A DNA stretch of 34,174 nucleotides, taken from a virus. The notes beneath the pieces are model-generated. The model was not told the origin of the DNA. It worked only from the letters and a program-made list of their open reading frames with translations, and made no database searches. Both the position numbers and the translations under genes were made by a program. The stretch spans positions 1 through 34,174 of IMG/VR virus record IMGVR_UViG_3300045988_124209. The stretch is one strand, 5' to 3'. The first letter of the stretch is position 1, and every line of letters begins with the position of its first letter. This document shows, in pieces, positions 1-8,022 of the stretch.

Positions 1-119
1 CTCCTATATTTAAAATTCTATCTCTTTGCATACTTCTTAGCATTGATGATAATATTACTTCTTTATCTGCTTTTAAATCTTGTTTTTTAGCCGATTTAAT
101 ACAATATAATTCTTTCATA
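1..119. repeat. Terminal direct repeat, copy 1 (identical to 34056..34174)
   Basis: Base-for-base identity of 1-119 with 34056-34174 by direct comparison. This implies a circular or circularly permuted unit of 34,055 bp. An exact end overlap is also typical of assembler circular contigs. Confidence 0.95.
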
Positions 120-502
120 CCATCAATAGGTTCAACATATATTTTCTTATTTGTTACACCATACATATTTGTCATTAATTCTTCTTTATGTTCTAATCTA
201 TCAATAGCAACATATACACCTATGCCATAAGGTATTTCGTTTTGTACTTTTTCATATAAACTATATGGCATTACAAAATAATTTTTGTTTCCAAAAAATG
301 ACAATGTGTTTTTAGAATGAAAATCTTGCAATGATTGTTTTATTTCATAACAATTTACTTCTCTTTGACAATTATACATAACACAATCTACTATTTCAGA
401 ACCATACCAACCTAAAGTACATTCAAATACATAAAAGTCATTTCTATCATTAAATTTATTTGCTAATAATTTTTCTAAATCTTTAGTTCTTTGAGTTTTC
501 AT
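1..502 (-). CDS. PD-(D/E)xK nuclease-fold protein, MmcB-like. The ORF runs off the window start and, through the terminal repeat, stops at 34045.
   Basis: ATG at 502-500 follows GGAGGT. My translation is MKTQRTKDLEKLLANKFNDRNDFYVFECTLGWYGSEIVDCVMYNCQREVNCYEIKQSLQDF..., with an E..D..EIK arrangement. The frame is still open at base 2. After wrap-around it ends ...NIGGKE with TGA at 34045-34047. Confidence 0.6.
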   Translation of the reverse strand, partial: MKTQRTKDLEKLLANKFNDRNDFYVFECTLGWYGSEIVDCVMYNCQREVNCYEIKQSLQDFHSKNTLSFFGNKNYFVMPYSLYEKVQNEIPYGIGVYVAIDRLEHKEELMTNMYGVTNKKIYVEPIDGMKELYCIKSAKKQDLKADKEVILSSMLRSMQRDRILNIG

Positions 503-790
503 CTAACCTCCTATTATTTCTTTATCCCAATTATCTATTTCAACATCAAAACCATATTTTTGTAATAATTCAGTAGAATGTTTGTAATGTTTCCCATAAA
601 AAGTATGAGTAGATAAGTATACATGATTAAAATATTCAAAGTTTGGACAATTACAAATAAAATCGTTTTCTTTATCTGGTTCATCACAAATTGGAACTAT
701 CCAACCAGAATAATCATTTACTATAATCTTGTATTTATTATTTATGGGAACTTTTGATAATTCTTCCCAATTTTTAATTAGTTTTGTCAT
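503..790 (-). CDS. hypothetical protein (95 aa, Cys/His-containing)
   Basis: ORF track. ATG 790 is preceded by GGAGTG (plus cactcc 795-800). The TAG stop abuts the next start. Confidence 0.6.
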   Translation of the reverse strand: MTKLIKNWEELSKVPINNKYKIIVNDYSGWIVPICDEPDKENDFICNCPNFEYFNHVYLSTHTFYGKHYKHSTELLQKYGFDVEIDNWDKEIIGG

Positions 791-1055
791 CTAACACTCC
801 TATTATACTTTTGTATTTTCGTAAAATTTCTTCAAGAATTATTCTTTTTATATATGCTTTTTGTGAAGATAATTTTAAATCTTCTTTATCATCTTCATAT
901 ATTAAGAAATATGATTTTTCTTGATTTTCTGCTATTACTATTTCTTGTTGTTGTATTTCATCTTCTAAATATTTTACAAACTCTTTTTGTTGAGTTTCTA
1001 AATTATTGTTCTTGTCCTGTAAATATTTAAAGCCTAATTTTTTGTAAGTTTCAAC
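774..1055 (-). other. Open in-frame continuation (93 codons plus stop) of ORF 1056..1334 beyond its TAA. It is homologous to the C-terminal half of the 7405..7752 product.
   Basis: Codon-by-codon reading gives VETYKKLGFKYLQDKNNNLETQQKEFVKYLEDEIQQQ...ILEEILRKYKSIIGVLDDKTN*. There is no ATG/TTG and no SD. The only alternative start is a GTG 7 codons before the stop. Confidence 0.6.
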
Positions 1056-1334
1056 TTATTTCTTTAATTGTCTTATTTCTTCTTGGCAACTATTTACTAA
1101 ACTATTTAATTGTTCTTTTTCAAACATAGTAGTTTCATAATCTGCTACTGCATTTTCATATTTTTTCTTTAATTCTTGATTTTCTTTTTCTAAATAGTCT
1201 ATGTAGTCTAATATTTCTTGCATATATTCTTCCAAAGAATAATCTATTTGTAAATTACCTTTTGTTTTAATATATTCTTTAAATGTATCTATTGCTTGTC
1301 CTAAAAATGTTCTTACTTTAATTGTTCTTTCCAT
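1056..1334 (-). CDS. coiled-coil hypothetical protein, N-terminal part of a paralog of 7405..7752
   Basis: ORF track, 92 aa. LEKENQELKKKYENAVADYE resembles LQRENDKLKKQYEKVLNDYC of the 7405..7752 product. It ends at TAA 1056-1058. Confidence 0.65.
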   Translation of the reverse strand: MERTIKVRTFLGQAIDTFKEYIKTKGNLQIDYSLEEYMQEILDYIDYLEKENQELKKKYENAVADYETTMFEKEQLNSLVNSCQEEIRQLKK

Positions 1335-1721
1335 TTACTCATCACTCTCTACTTTCTCTAATAATCTAGCATATTTATTTGATATTCTAATCAATTCATT
1401 GATTTTATCTTTCATATCTGCTAAATCTGCTTCAATAAGAGTATTGCTTTTATTAAATGAAAATTCTTCTATCCTTTCTGGTTCTTTATACTTAATATCT
1501 TCATCATGTTTGGTTGATACAACAAAACATTCTAAAGTGTCATCATTCCAAAAATGTCTATCATATATTTCAGCACTACCATCATCTTTAAATATATCTT
1601 CGCAAATAGTTGTTATAGTTCCAAAATAAATTTTATTATTATATTCTCCCAGAACATATAATCTACCGTATTCATCTTCCTTAGCCTGTTCCAACATTTT
1701 TATAAATTTTTCTTTATTCAT
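1335..1721 (-). CDS. hypothetical protein (128 aa)
   Basis: ORF track. GGAGAA lies 9 nt upstream of ATG 1721. The stop is directly followed by the next ATG. Confidence 0.65.
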   Translation of the reverse strand: MNKEKFIKMLEQAKEDEYGRLYVLGEYNNKIYFGTITTICEDIFKDDGSAEIYDRHFWNDDTLECFVVSTKHDEDIKYKEPERIEEFSFNKSNTLIEADLADMKDKINELIRISNKYARLLEKVESDE

Positions 1722-1735
1722 TATTCTTATTTCTC

Positions 1736-1975
1736 CTAATCAATTATTTTAAATAACTTAAATTTATCAATTTTTTCATTAATTAATTTTATCTTGTTTT
1801 CATAATATGAAATTAACATTTCTATATCATTATCATCAAGATATATATGCGTTAATCCTTTACATAAATCAATTTTATTTATATAAGGCTTTTCTTTTAA
1901 ACATCTTAAAAATTCTTCAACATTTTGTTTTTGACGCATTAATTCTTCTAATTCTTCAAATAATTTTTTATTCAT
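1736..1975 (-). CDS. hypothetical protein (79 aa)
   Basis: ORF track. ATGA overlap with the upstream gene. Confidence 0.55.
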   Translation of the reverse strand: MNKKLFEELEELMRQKQNVEEFLRCLKEKPYINKIDLCKGLTHIYLDDNDIEMLISYYENKIKLINEKIDKFKLFKIID

Positions 1976-2484
1976 ACTATTATCCTCCTAAAATCTTTGC
2001 AAGCCTCTGTATTTTTTGTTATTCTTATTTTTCTATATCTACAATAATATGTTGGTATTGAATTACCTTTTACTTGTCTTTTTTCTAATAATCTGCAATT
2101 TTTACATCTGCTTTTTACTTCTTTTTTTTCTTCTGATATTATAATCCTATCTCTAAGGCTGCTTTTTTTATCATATTTGAGTGTTTTCATCAAACTAGAT
2201 AAATCTATTATGTTTTCTTTTTCAATTAAATATGCCCTGCAAAATTGATTTATTTGGTCTCTTAATGAAATATCTTTACCATTATCTAATGCTTGATGAC
2301 ATTTAATACATAACATAACTCCATTTTCTTTGCAACCTTTGCCACCGTGAGACCTAGATAAGAATATATGTGCTATTTGCAAAGCCCCATTATTTCCACA
2401 AAAGATACATCTATTATTATCTCTTTTTTTTATATATTTTCTCGTTTCTTTATCAAACTCGCAAAACTGACTTCTAACACTCAT
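1972..2484 (-). CDS. HNH endonuclease with Cys-rich zinc ribbons
   Basis: ORF track. Motifs CIFCGNNGALQIAHIF..H...N..LCIKCHQALDNG plus a C-terminal CKNC...C. Confidence 0.6.
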   Translation of the reverse strand: MSVRSQFCEFDKETRKYIKKRDNNRCIFCGNNGALQIAHIFLSRSHGGKGCKENGVMLCIKCHQALDNGKDISLRDQINQFCRAYLIEKENIIDLSSLMKTLKYDKKSSLRDRIIISEEKKEVKSRCKNCRLLEKRQVKGNSIPTYYCRYRKIRITKNTEACKDFRRIIV

Positions 2485-2696
2485 TATACCCTCTCAAAGT
2501 AATCATTTATTTCAGCATTACTATTGATTAATTTAGTCATTGCGTATGCTACTATTTTTCTGCAAGTATATTTATTATTTACAACACCATTTATATATTG
2601 GCGAGATATCCCAATTTCATCTGCTATTCTTCCTTGATTAATTTTGATATTTACAAATAATTCTTTTTTAAATCTATACATCTTTTTCTTCCTCAC
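2484..2696 (-). CDS. helix-turn-helix DNA-binding protein
   Basis: ORF track. QGRIADEIGISRQYINGVVNNK looks like an HTH. TAATG overlap with the next gene. Confidence 0.5.
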   Translation of the reverse strand: MRKKKMYRFKKELFVNIKINQGRIADEIGISRQYINGVVNNKYTCRKIVAYAMTKLINSNAEINDYFERV

Positions 2697-3285
2697 TTTT
2701 TATTTCTAAATATTCTTTTACTAATTTCATCGCTATTTCTTCATTTACTGGCAATTTATAGAATTTTCTTTTTTCTTCTCTTAAATGTGTACCACTTACA
2801 AATGATAAAGGTATATGATAAGTTTGCTCATAGGCTATCTTGTAAAGATTAGTTTGATATGCCACATACTCTTTATCAAATACTGATGTTCTTTTTAAAT
2901 CATTAACACCTTTTTCTCTATTTATTTCTATTATTTGGTCTAATCTACCTATTGCTACTGGTATATTATCAATAAATAATATTACTGGTATTTCTGAGGC
3001 AATCACTTGCCATTTATAATGTTTCTTTAAAAATATATAATTTTGAAGTTCTCTATTATTAAGGTCATTTATTCCATTATCTTCATAATCTTGAATTGCT
3101 TGGTGCATTTCAGTACCTTTTTGACTTGCTACTTCAAGCGTTCTTTCATCTACACCTTGATACTTATTTCCAAATTTCTTTTTTAATATTGTAGTTATAG
3201 AAGGAAGAATAATTCCATTAACTAAATATGTATGGCTATCTTCCCAATATTCTATAACATAATCATTTATTACCCACGTCTGCAT
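2674..3285 (-). CDS. PD-(D/E)xK (RecB/Cas4-like) exonuclease
   Basis: ORF track. GRLDQIIEI...VNDLKRT fits a D...(D/E)xK motif. It sits next to the ERF recombinase gene. Confidence 0.5.
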   Translation of the reverse strand: MQTWVINDYVIEYWEDSHTYLVNGIILPSITTILKKKFGNKYQGVDERTLEVASQKGTEMHQAIQDYEDNGINDLNNRELQNYIFLKKHYKWQVIASEIPVILFIDNIPVAIGRLDQIIEINREKGVNDLKRTSVFDKEYVAYQTNLYKIAYEQTYHIPLSFVSGTHLREEKRKFYKLPVNEEIAMKLVKEYLEIKSEEEKDV

Positions 3286-3599
3286 TATTTTATCTTGATT
3301 AATAATGAACTTTTAACTGGTGTAAATTCTACATAAGTATCATATAAATCAGGTAAATCTTTTTTAAAATCTTTTGTTCTAAACGTTTCTTTTTCCGTTG
3401 GTGCTTTGTAAGTAACGCTGATATTTTCATCTGATATTTTTATAACGCCTTTATTTTCCATTTCTTTTAATAAGGTTTCTCTTAGTTTTTCTTTTTTCTC
3501 TTTTAATGTTTTTTCTTCTTTGTCAATTAAAATTAATTCATCTGCTATTGTTTGTCTTAATTTGAATTCTTCCATTTCCTTTACTATTAAATCGTTCAT
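3285..3599 (-). CDS. hypothetical protein (104 aa) in the recombination module
   Basis: ORF track. One-base overlaps with both neighbours. Confidence 0.6.
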   Translation of the reverse strand: MNDLIVKEMEEFKLRQTIADELILIDKEEKTLKEKKEKLRETLLKEMENKGVIKISDENISVTYKAPTEKETFRTKDFKKDLPDLYDTYVEFTPVKSSLLIKIK

Positions 3600-4273
3600 T
3601 ACTTGTCCTCCTTTTTTGCAAATAGTTTGTTTAATATTTCACTTGCTTTATTAATAGACATATCTTCTAACTTATCAAGAGTATTAACTTCTAATAATTT
3701 TGTTAAGTTTTCTCCTTGATAATATTTTTGTATAAGTTCTATTTGTTTAGGACTTATTTTTGCATTGCTCACTTGATTAGTTGCTTTTTTGTATCCATTT
3801 TCTGGACTTGCTTCTTTATCAGGGTCATCTCCAGTGCTTAATTTGTATGCTTTCATAAGAGCATATTTATCTGCGTATGTCATTGCTTTTCCAGGTGCTT
3901 TATCTCCTGTATCTAATCCATCTCCATAAACTATTGTCTCAATAAACTCACTAGGATTATCAATATTAACAAATCTATAAGTAGTTTCTATTCTCATAAA
4001 TAATGTATTAGTTTTAGTTATACTTCCATTATATTCGCTTTCCTTTATTAAAGTATCTCTATCAATTACTTCTCTTTTTGCTGGATAACTATAAACTCTA
4101 TATTTTTTTTCTATAGGTTTAACACCATCTAATACATCTCTTTCTGATACCGCTTTAAAACTTCTTGTTTTATTTATTTCTACAGTCAATCCTTTTTCAA
4201 TAACTCCAATTTCTTCGGTTATTAATGCCATCTTTTCATAGATATTCATCTTTTTAATATCTTCTTCTTTCAT
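3599..4273 (-). CDS. ERF-family single-strand annealing recombinase
   Basis: ORF track. ...GKAMTYADKYALMKAYKLSTGDDPD... is typical of the ERF core. Synteny with the exonuclease and SSB genes. Confidence 0.5.
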   Translation of the reverse strand: MKEEDIKKMNIYEKMALITEEIGVIEKGLTVEINKTRSFKAVSERDVLDGVKPIEKKYRVYSYPAKREVIDRDTLIKESEYNGSITKTNTLFMRIETTYRFVNIDNPSEFIETIVYGDGLDTGDKAPGKAMTYADKYALMKAYKLSTGDDPDKEASPENGYKKATNQVSNAKISPKQIELIQKYYQGENLTKLLEVNTLDKLEDMSINKASEILNKLFAKKEDK

Positions 4274-4911
4274 TTTTCTTCTCCTATCAATTTTTTCATA
4301 TTATTTAACTTACGATTTATTTCTTCAATAATTATATTTCTAATTTTGTTATTTTCATCAGTAAAATAACTTATTAAATTTTCAATATTTTTAGCAACTT
4401 GTTCTACTGAATATTTTCTGTCAGTATAATATTTTTCTTTTTTATTTTCTATTATTCTCAAATAATCATTTAAAGTGCAAGTCCCAAAAGCATAATTATA
4501 AGAACTATTTCCACTAAATAAATCATATTCTTCTTTAATTAAATTAAATATCCATTCATTTATTCCGCTATAACTACTAATATAATTATCATAAAGCCAA
4601 CTAGCATCTTCTACATAAAAACCAAATGTAAATGAATTATCACATCCAAATATGCTTAAATAAATATTATCAGTAATAAAATATTTTTTATTAATATCTA
4701 TACCTTTTTCCTCTAATTTTATAATTATTTCCTTTACATATTCATAATCTTTTATTTTATATTTTAATTCATCATTATCAAGATAAGGAACTATCCTCTT
4801 ATAATTATATCCTAATATTTTATAAGCATTTTTTTGTTCCGTTTCAATATTTTCATAAAGTCCTTTCATATAGCCAATTTGTTTTTCAATGTTTTTAATT
4901 TCTTCTTTCAT
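4270..4911 (-). CDS. hypothetical protein (213 aa)
   Basis: ORF track. ATGA overlap with the downstream gene. Confidence 0.6.
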   Translation of the reverse strand: MKEEIKNIEKQIGYMKGLYENIETEQKNAYKILGYNYKRIVPYLDNDELKYKIKDYEYVKEIIIKLEEKGIDINKKYFITDNIYLSIFGCDNSFTFGFYVEDASWLYDNYISSYSGINEWIFNLIKEEYDLFSGNSSYNYAFGTCTLNDYLRIIENKKEKYYTDRKYSVEQVAKNIENLISYFTDENNKIRNIIIEEINRKLNNMKKLIGEEK

Positions 4912-4938
4912 TTTTTTATTCTCCTATTCTTTTAATTT

Positions 4939-5238
4939 TTACTTGTTACTTAAAAAAGTTACCTTTTCAGCGATTATTTGAATTTCGCTAGTATTTGATA
5001 GTCTTGCTACTCTTCCTTTTATTCCAACTAAATCGCCTTTTTTACAATATTCATTTACTGAACAAGCTACTTGCCCTACTAGGCTAACAGGTATAAAATC
5101 AGTTTCATACTCGCCACTATCATTTTTAAATACTCTTGGTACTGCTAACATTATTGTTGTTGTATTTTTTCCATTTTCAGTTTCTTCTAATAAAGGATTA
5201 TCCACTAAGCGACCTACTAAAATCATTTGATTTATCAT
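4939..5238 (-). CDS. ssb: single-stranded DNA-binding protein (short OB-fold type)
   Basis: ORF track. The N-terminus MINQMILVGRLVDNPLL...TDFIPVSLVG...GDLVGIKGRV is typical of an SSB OB fold. GGAGGGA lies upstream of the ATG. Confidence 0.6.
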   Translation of the reverse strand: MINQMILVGRLVDNPLLEETENGKNTTTIMLAVPRVFKNDSGEYETDFIPVSLVGQVACSVNEYCKKGDLVGIKGRVARLSNTSEIQIIAEKVTFLSNK

Positions 5239-5265
5239 TCTATCCCTCCTTTCACTTACATATTA

Positions 5266-5294
5266 ATTATATAATATATTTTATTTTTTGTCAA
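5266..5294 (-). promoter_or_regulatory. consensus sigma-70 type promoter (TTGACA-17-TATAAT) upstream of ssb
   Basis: Minus strand reads TTGACA (5294-5289), a 17-nt spacer, then TATAAT (5271-5266). Confidence 0.7.
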
Positions 5295-5320
5295 CTATAA
5301 TTTACATTTTTATTTATTTT

Positions 5321-5716
5321 TTATCCTATAAGTACATAATTACTATTTGATAATCTGTTATTAACCATTTGCTTATAATAAATATTTATATCTTTTTGTA
5401 ACCAATAAGGAATAATATTTCTTTCTAAAAACAAACTTGCTTTTTGATATTCTCTTGTATCTTTGAAATATCCAACATTATTCATATATTCTAATACTTC
5501 AAATCTAATTTCTTCTTTAATTTTTTGACAACATTCAACTAATTCAGTTATCTTAGGAATAAATTTAGATGTTTTTATTATTTCTTTTATTGCCTTAACT
5601 ATTACATCATCATCAAATTCTTTTAAGAAATCATAATATAGTTTTATTTCTTCTTGTGTATATTGTTTATCATATGCTATTCCTAAATAAGTCATATTCT
5701 TGATAAATTCTTCCAT
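5321..5716 (-). CDS. possible helicase loader (G39P-like)
   Basis: ORF track. It lies immediately after the DnaD-like gene, and ...SKFIPKITELVE... resembles the SPP1 G39P family. The sequence evidence is weak. Confidence 0.35.
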   Translation of the reverse strand: MEEFIKNMTYLGIAYDKQYTQEEIKLYYDFLKEFDDDVIVKAIKEIIKTSKFIPKITELVECCQKIKEEIRFEVLEYMNNVGYFKDTREYQKASLFLERNIIPYWLQKDINIYYKQMVNNRLSNSNYVLIG

Positions 5717-5728
5717 ATTATTTCCTTC

Positions 5729-6553
5729 TTATCTAAATTTATCAAAATTCATCATTGGTGCTAATTCTTTGGTAGTTATTGTAATTTTTTGATTTAAATA
5801 TCCCTCAAATTTAGTTCCAAATAATGTTTCAGGTCTTAAATACTTATTCATATCTTTATTATTTAACCATTCTAAACATTTCTTATCAATTACTATCTTA
5901 AATTCTTTTGCAGTAAATCCTTCATTAAATCTTGCTTTAATTAAACTTTTAGTTTTATTAGTATTACTTCTATAATTAGTTCCTGCTTTAAAATTTAAAT
6001 AATTAATAATGTCTTCATAAGGAATACCATCTTGTTCTGCTTTAGCAGAATTATAAACTTTTATTTCTTTTATATTTTCTTTTATATTATTATCTATATT
6101 TTTTCTTTTAGTATTAATAATATTTATATTATTATATTTATTATTTAGTATTTTATTATTAGTATTTAATTGTCCTTGATTTTCTACATCTAGAAATTCT
6201 AGGGGTAGTTTTTCTACCTCTTGTTTTTCTACCTCTTGTTTTTCTACCTCTTGTTTTGGCTTTTCATAAATATTATAAATATAATCTATTCTTCCTGTTT
6301 CACTCTCGTTAGGCATTAATTTAATTACTTCTAAATATCCAATTTTTTTTAGTTCTGACAATGCATTCTTTATTGATGTTTCATTTTCTAAACTAATTGC
6401 TACTAAACCTGCTATTGAATAATCCCAATCTTCTGGTAAAGATAGCATTACACTCAATAACCCTTTTGCTTTTAAACTCATATTTTTTTCTTTTAAATGA
6501 TAATTACTCATTATCGTGTAATCTTTTGTTTTATTTACTTTGAATTTTGCCAT
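5729..6553 (-). CDS. replisome organizer / DnaD-domain replication protein
   Basis: ORF track. N-terminal winged-helix-like region. C-terminal YLNFKAGTNYRSNTNKTKSLIKARFNEGFTAKEFKIVIDKK...YLRPETLFGTKFEGYLNQ is the conserved phage DnaD-type C-terminus. Confidence 0.7.
   Translation of the reverse strand: MAKFKVNKTKDYTIMSNYHLKEKNMSLKAKGLLSVMLSLPEDWDYSIAGLVAISLENETSIKNALSELKKIGYLEVIKLMPNESETGRIDYIYNIYEKPKQEVEKQEVEKQEVEKLPLEFLDVENQGQLNTNNKILNNKYNNINIINTKRKNIDNNIKENIKEIKVYNSAKAEQDGIPYEDIINYLNFKAGTNYRSNTNKTKSLIKARFNEGFTAKEFKIVIDKKCLEWLNNKDMNKYLRPETLFGTKFEGYLNQKITITTKELAPMMNFDKFR
6209..6253. repeat. 3 x 15-bp perfect tandem repeat (tttttctacctcttg) inside the organizer gene
   Basis: Read directly from the sequence. 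It encodes (KQEVE)x3. Confidence 0.9.
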
Positions 6554-6575
6554 TTTATACCTCTTTCTAGGTTAT

Positions 6576-6634
6576 AGAAAAAAGACTTGATGATAAGTAG
6601 GTTTATTAGGTGTGAGTTACCTACCCATCATCAA
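6576..6634 (-). terminator. intrinsic terminator (16-bp stem, U6) in the leader of the organizer gene
   Basis: Minus strand: UUGAUGAUGGGUAGGU (6634-6619) pairs with ACCUACUUAUCAUCAA (6602-6587), with two G.U pairs. It is followed by GUCUUUUUUCU. Confidence 0.65.
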
Positions 6635-6653
6635 ATCTTCTTTCTCACACCTA
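6607..6653 (-). promoter_or_regulatory. 10-bp alternative hairpin interleaved with the terminator
   Basis: UAGGUGUGAG (6653-6644) pairs with CUCACACCUA (6616-6607). Its loop contains the terminator 5' arm, and its 3' arm lies in the terminator loop. Confidence 0.55.
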
Positions 6654-6658
6654 TATTA

Positions 6659-6687
6659 ATTATATATTATTTTTTTAAATAAATCAA
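6659..6687 (-). promoter_or_regulatory. sigma-70 type promoter TTGATT-17-TATAAT
   Basis: Minus strand: TTGATT (6687-6682), a 17-nt spacer, TATAAT (6664-6659). The predicted start falls at the first hairpin arm. Confidence 0.55.
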
Positions 6688-6689
6688 TA

Positions 6690-7160
6690 TCAATTATTAA
6701 ATTCTTCAAACTTTATACTTTCCATTTTCTTTTTTAAAGCATTAATTTTATTCTCTGTACTTGTATAAGCGTTTTTAAACCTTTTTAACGAACATTCTTT
6801 ATCTGCTAGTCTATTTATACTATCTTTGCAGAAACGAGTTCCTAGAGCCTCAAAATAAGCCATAGCAGGTGGTTTGCCATCTCTTTCAGTATTCCAATTC
6901 TTTCTTTCTTCGGTTGTCTTTATCGCACTATCTATTTCTATTTGCGTTTTTAACTCTATTATGTCCTTAGTTAATCTCGCTATTACTTCTCCTATTATAT
7001 AATTTAAATTAGAATACACTTCTACATTTTGTGCGTATTGATACATTGAATTAGGTTCATCTATAATCTTTTTAAATACCTCTTGATACATACTAGCAAG
7101 TTCTTTTTCGTTTATGTTTTTTATATTAAAGGGATTGAATAAGAACAATTTTTCTTCCAT
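6690..7160 (-). CDS. hypothetical protein (156 aa)
   Basis: ORF track. One-base overlap with the upstream gene. Confidence 0.65.
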   Translation of the reverse strand: MEEKLFLFNPFNIKNINEKELASMYQEVFKKIIDEPNSMYQYAQNVEVYSNLNYIIGEVIARLTKDIIELKTQIEIDSAIKTTEERKNWNTERDGKPPAMAYFEALGTRFCKDSINRLADKECSLKRFKNAYTSTENKINALKKKMESIKFEEFNN

Positions 7161-7405
7161 TATCTTACCTCCTTTAATATTTCATACATTTCTAAATCAC
7201 AAATGCTATAATCTTGTGTTTTTTCGCACTCTTCATATACTTTTATTGCTTTATCTATTATTCTTTCATATACATCTCTTGCTTGTATCAAATTATCTCT
7301 AGTACTTATTTCATAAATAATAAACTCTGCTACCTCTCTAGGTATATCATAACTCTTGCCATTTATATTTATTGTATCTTTACTTAATTTAACATTATAT
7401 TCCAT
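7160..7405 (-). CDS. hypothetical protein (81 aa)
   Basis: ORF track. TAATG overlap with the upstream gene. Confidence 0.6.
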   Translation of the reverse strand: MEYNVKLSKDTININGKSYDIPREVAEFIIYEISTRDNLIQARDVYERIIDKAIKVYEECEKTQDYSICDLEMYEILKEVR

Positions 7406-7752
7406 TATTTATCATCTCCTATTATACTTTTGAATTCTTGAAAAATTTCTTCAAGTATATCTTTTTTACCATATAACATATCAGTATTACTACCATAACT
7501 GCCTATTACACTTGTTATATCTTTATATCTTTTTTCTAAATACTTTATAAACTCTTTTTGTTGACTTTTATTATATGCATCTAGTCTACAATAATCATTT
7601 AATACTTTTTCATATTGCTTTTTTAATTTATCATTTTCTCGTTGCAACTTTCCAACTAACAATTCTAAATTTTGTATTTTCTCTTCTTGTTTATGTATTC
7701 TATACATTCTTTTTTGATTTCTAGTATGTTCCTTTATTTCCATTATTTGCAT
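7405..7752 (-). CDS. coiled-coil hypothetical protein, intact paralog of 774..1334
   Basis: ORF track, 115 aa. Shares the QQKEF(I/V)KYLE and ILEEI...KSIIG motifs. A 15-nt identical DNA block (7417-7431) matches 798-812. Confidence 0.65.
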   Translation of the reverse strand: MQIMEIKEHTRNQKRMYRIHKQEEKIQNLELLVGKLQRENDKLKKQYEKVLNDYCRLDAYNKSQQKEFIKYLEKRYKDITSVIGSYGSNTDMLYGKKDILEEIFQEFKSIIGDDK

Positions 7753-7898
7753 CCTATTCTTTGTATCTTTTCAAGCATAGCATTTGTTATAAATGTGCTT
7801 TGACTTTGTTTTGTTATTTTTAAAATATTTTGTAATTCTTGATACTCCCATTCAGTAAGCCTTAATGCTATCATTCTAGTCTTTGTTTTTTTTCTCAT
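7743..7898 (-). CDS. ribbon-helix-helix (CopG/Arc-like) small DNA-binding protein, 51 aa
   Basis: My own reading; it is below the track cutoff. ATG 7898 follows GGAGGAAG. Product is MRKKTKTRMIALRLTEWEYQELQNILKITKQSQSTFITNAMLEKIQRIGCK, which fits a strand-helix-helix pattern. Confidence 0.5.
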   Translation of the reverse strand: MRKKTKTRMIALRLTEWEYQELQNILKITKQSQSTFITNAMLEKIQRIGCK

Positions 7899-7910
7899 CT
7901 TTTCTTCCTC

Positions 7911-8009
7911 CTAATTAAATATCAAACATATTATCATAATAAATCCCATTATAGTAGTTAATACTAATATAGTAACTATATTTGTAATATATTTATCCTC
8001 GTTCATCAT
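7911..8009 (-). CDS. possible small membrane protein (32 aa)
   Basis: My own reading gives MMNEDKYITNIVTILVLTTIMGFIMIICLIFN, with one hydrophobic helix. No strong SD was checked. Confidence 0.3.
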   Translation of the reverse strand: MMNEDKYITNIVTILVLTTIMGFIMIICLIFN

Positions 8010-8022
8010 TTTTTCTAATTCT

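Noticed and set aside
1335-1337. The TAA between 1335..1721 and 1056..1334 (same frame, with the stop immediately followed by ATG) as a fourth read-through site
   Set aside because: The downstream ORF has its own ATG directly after the stop. This is an ordinary coupled gene pair and needs no read-through.
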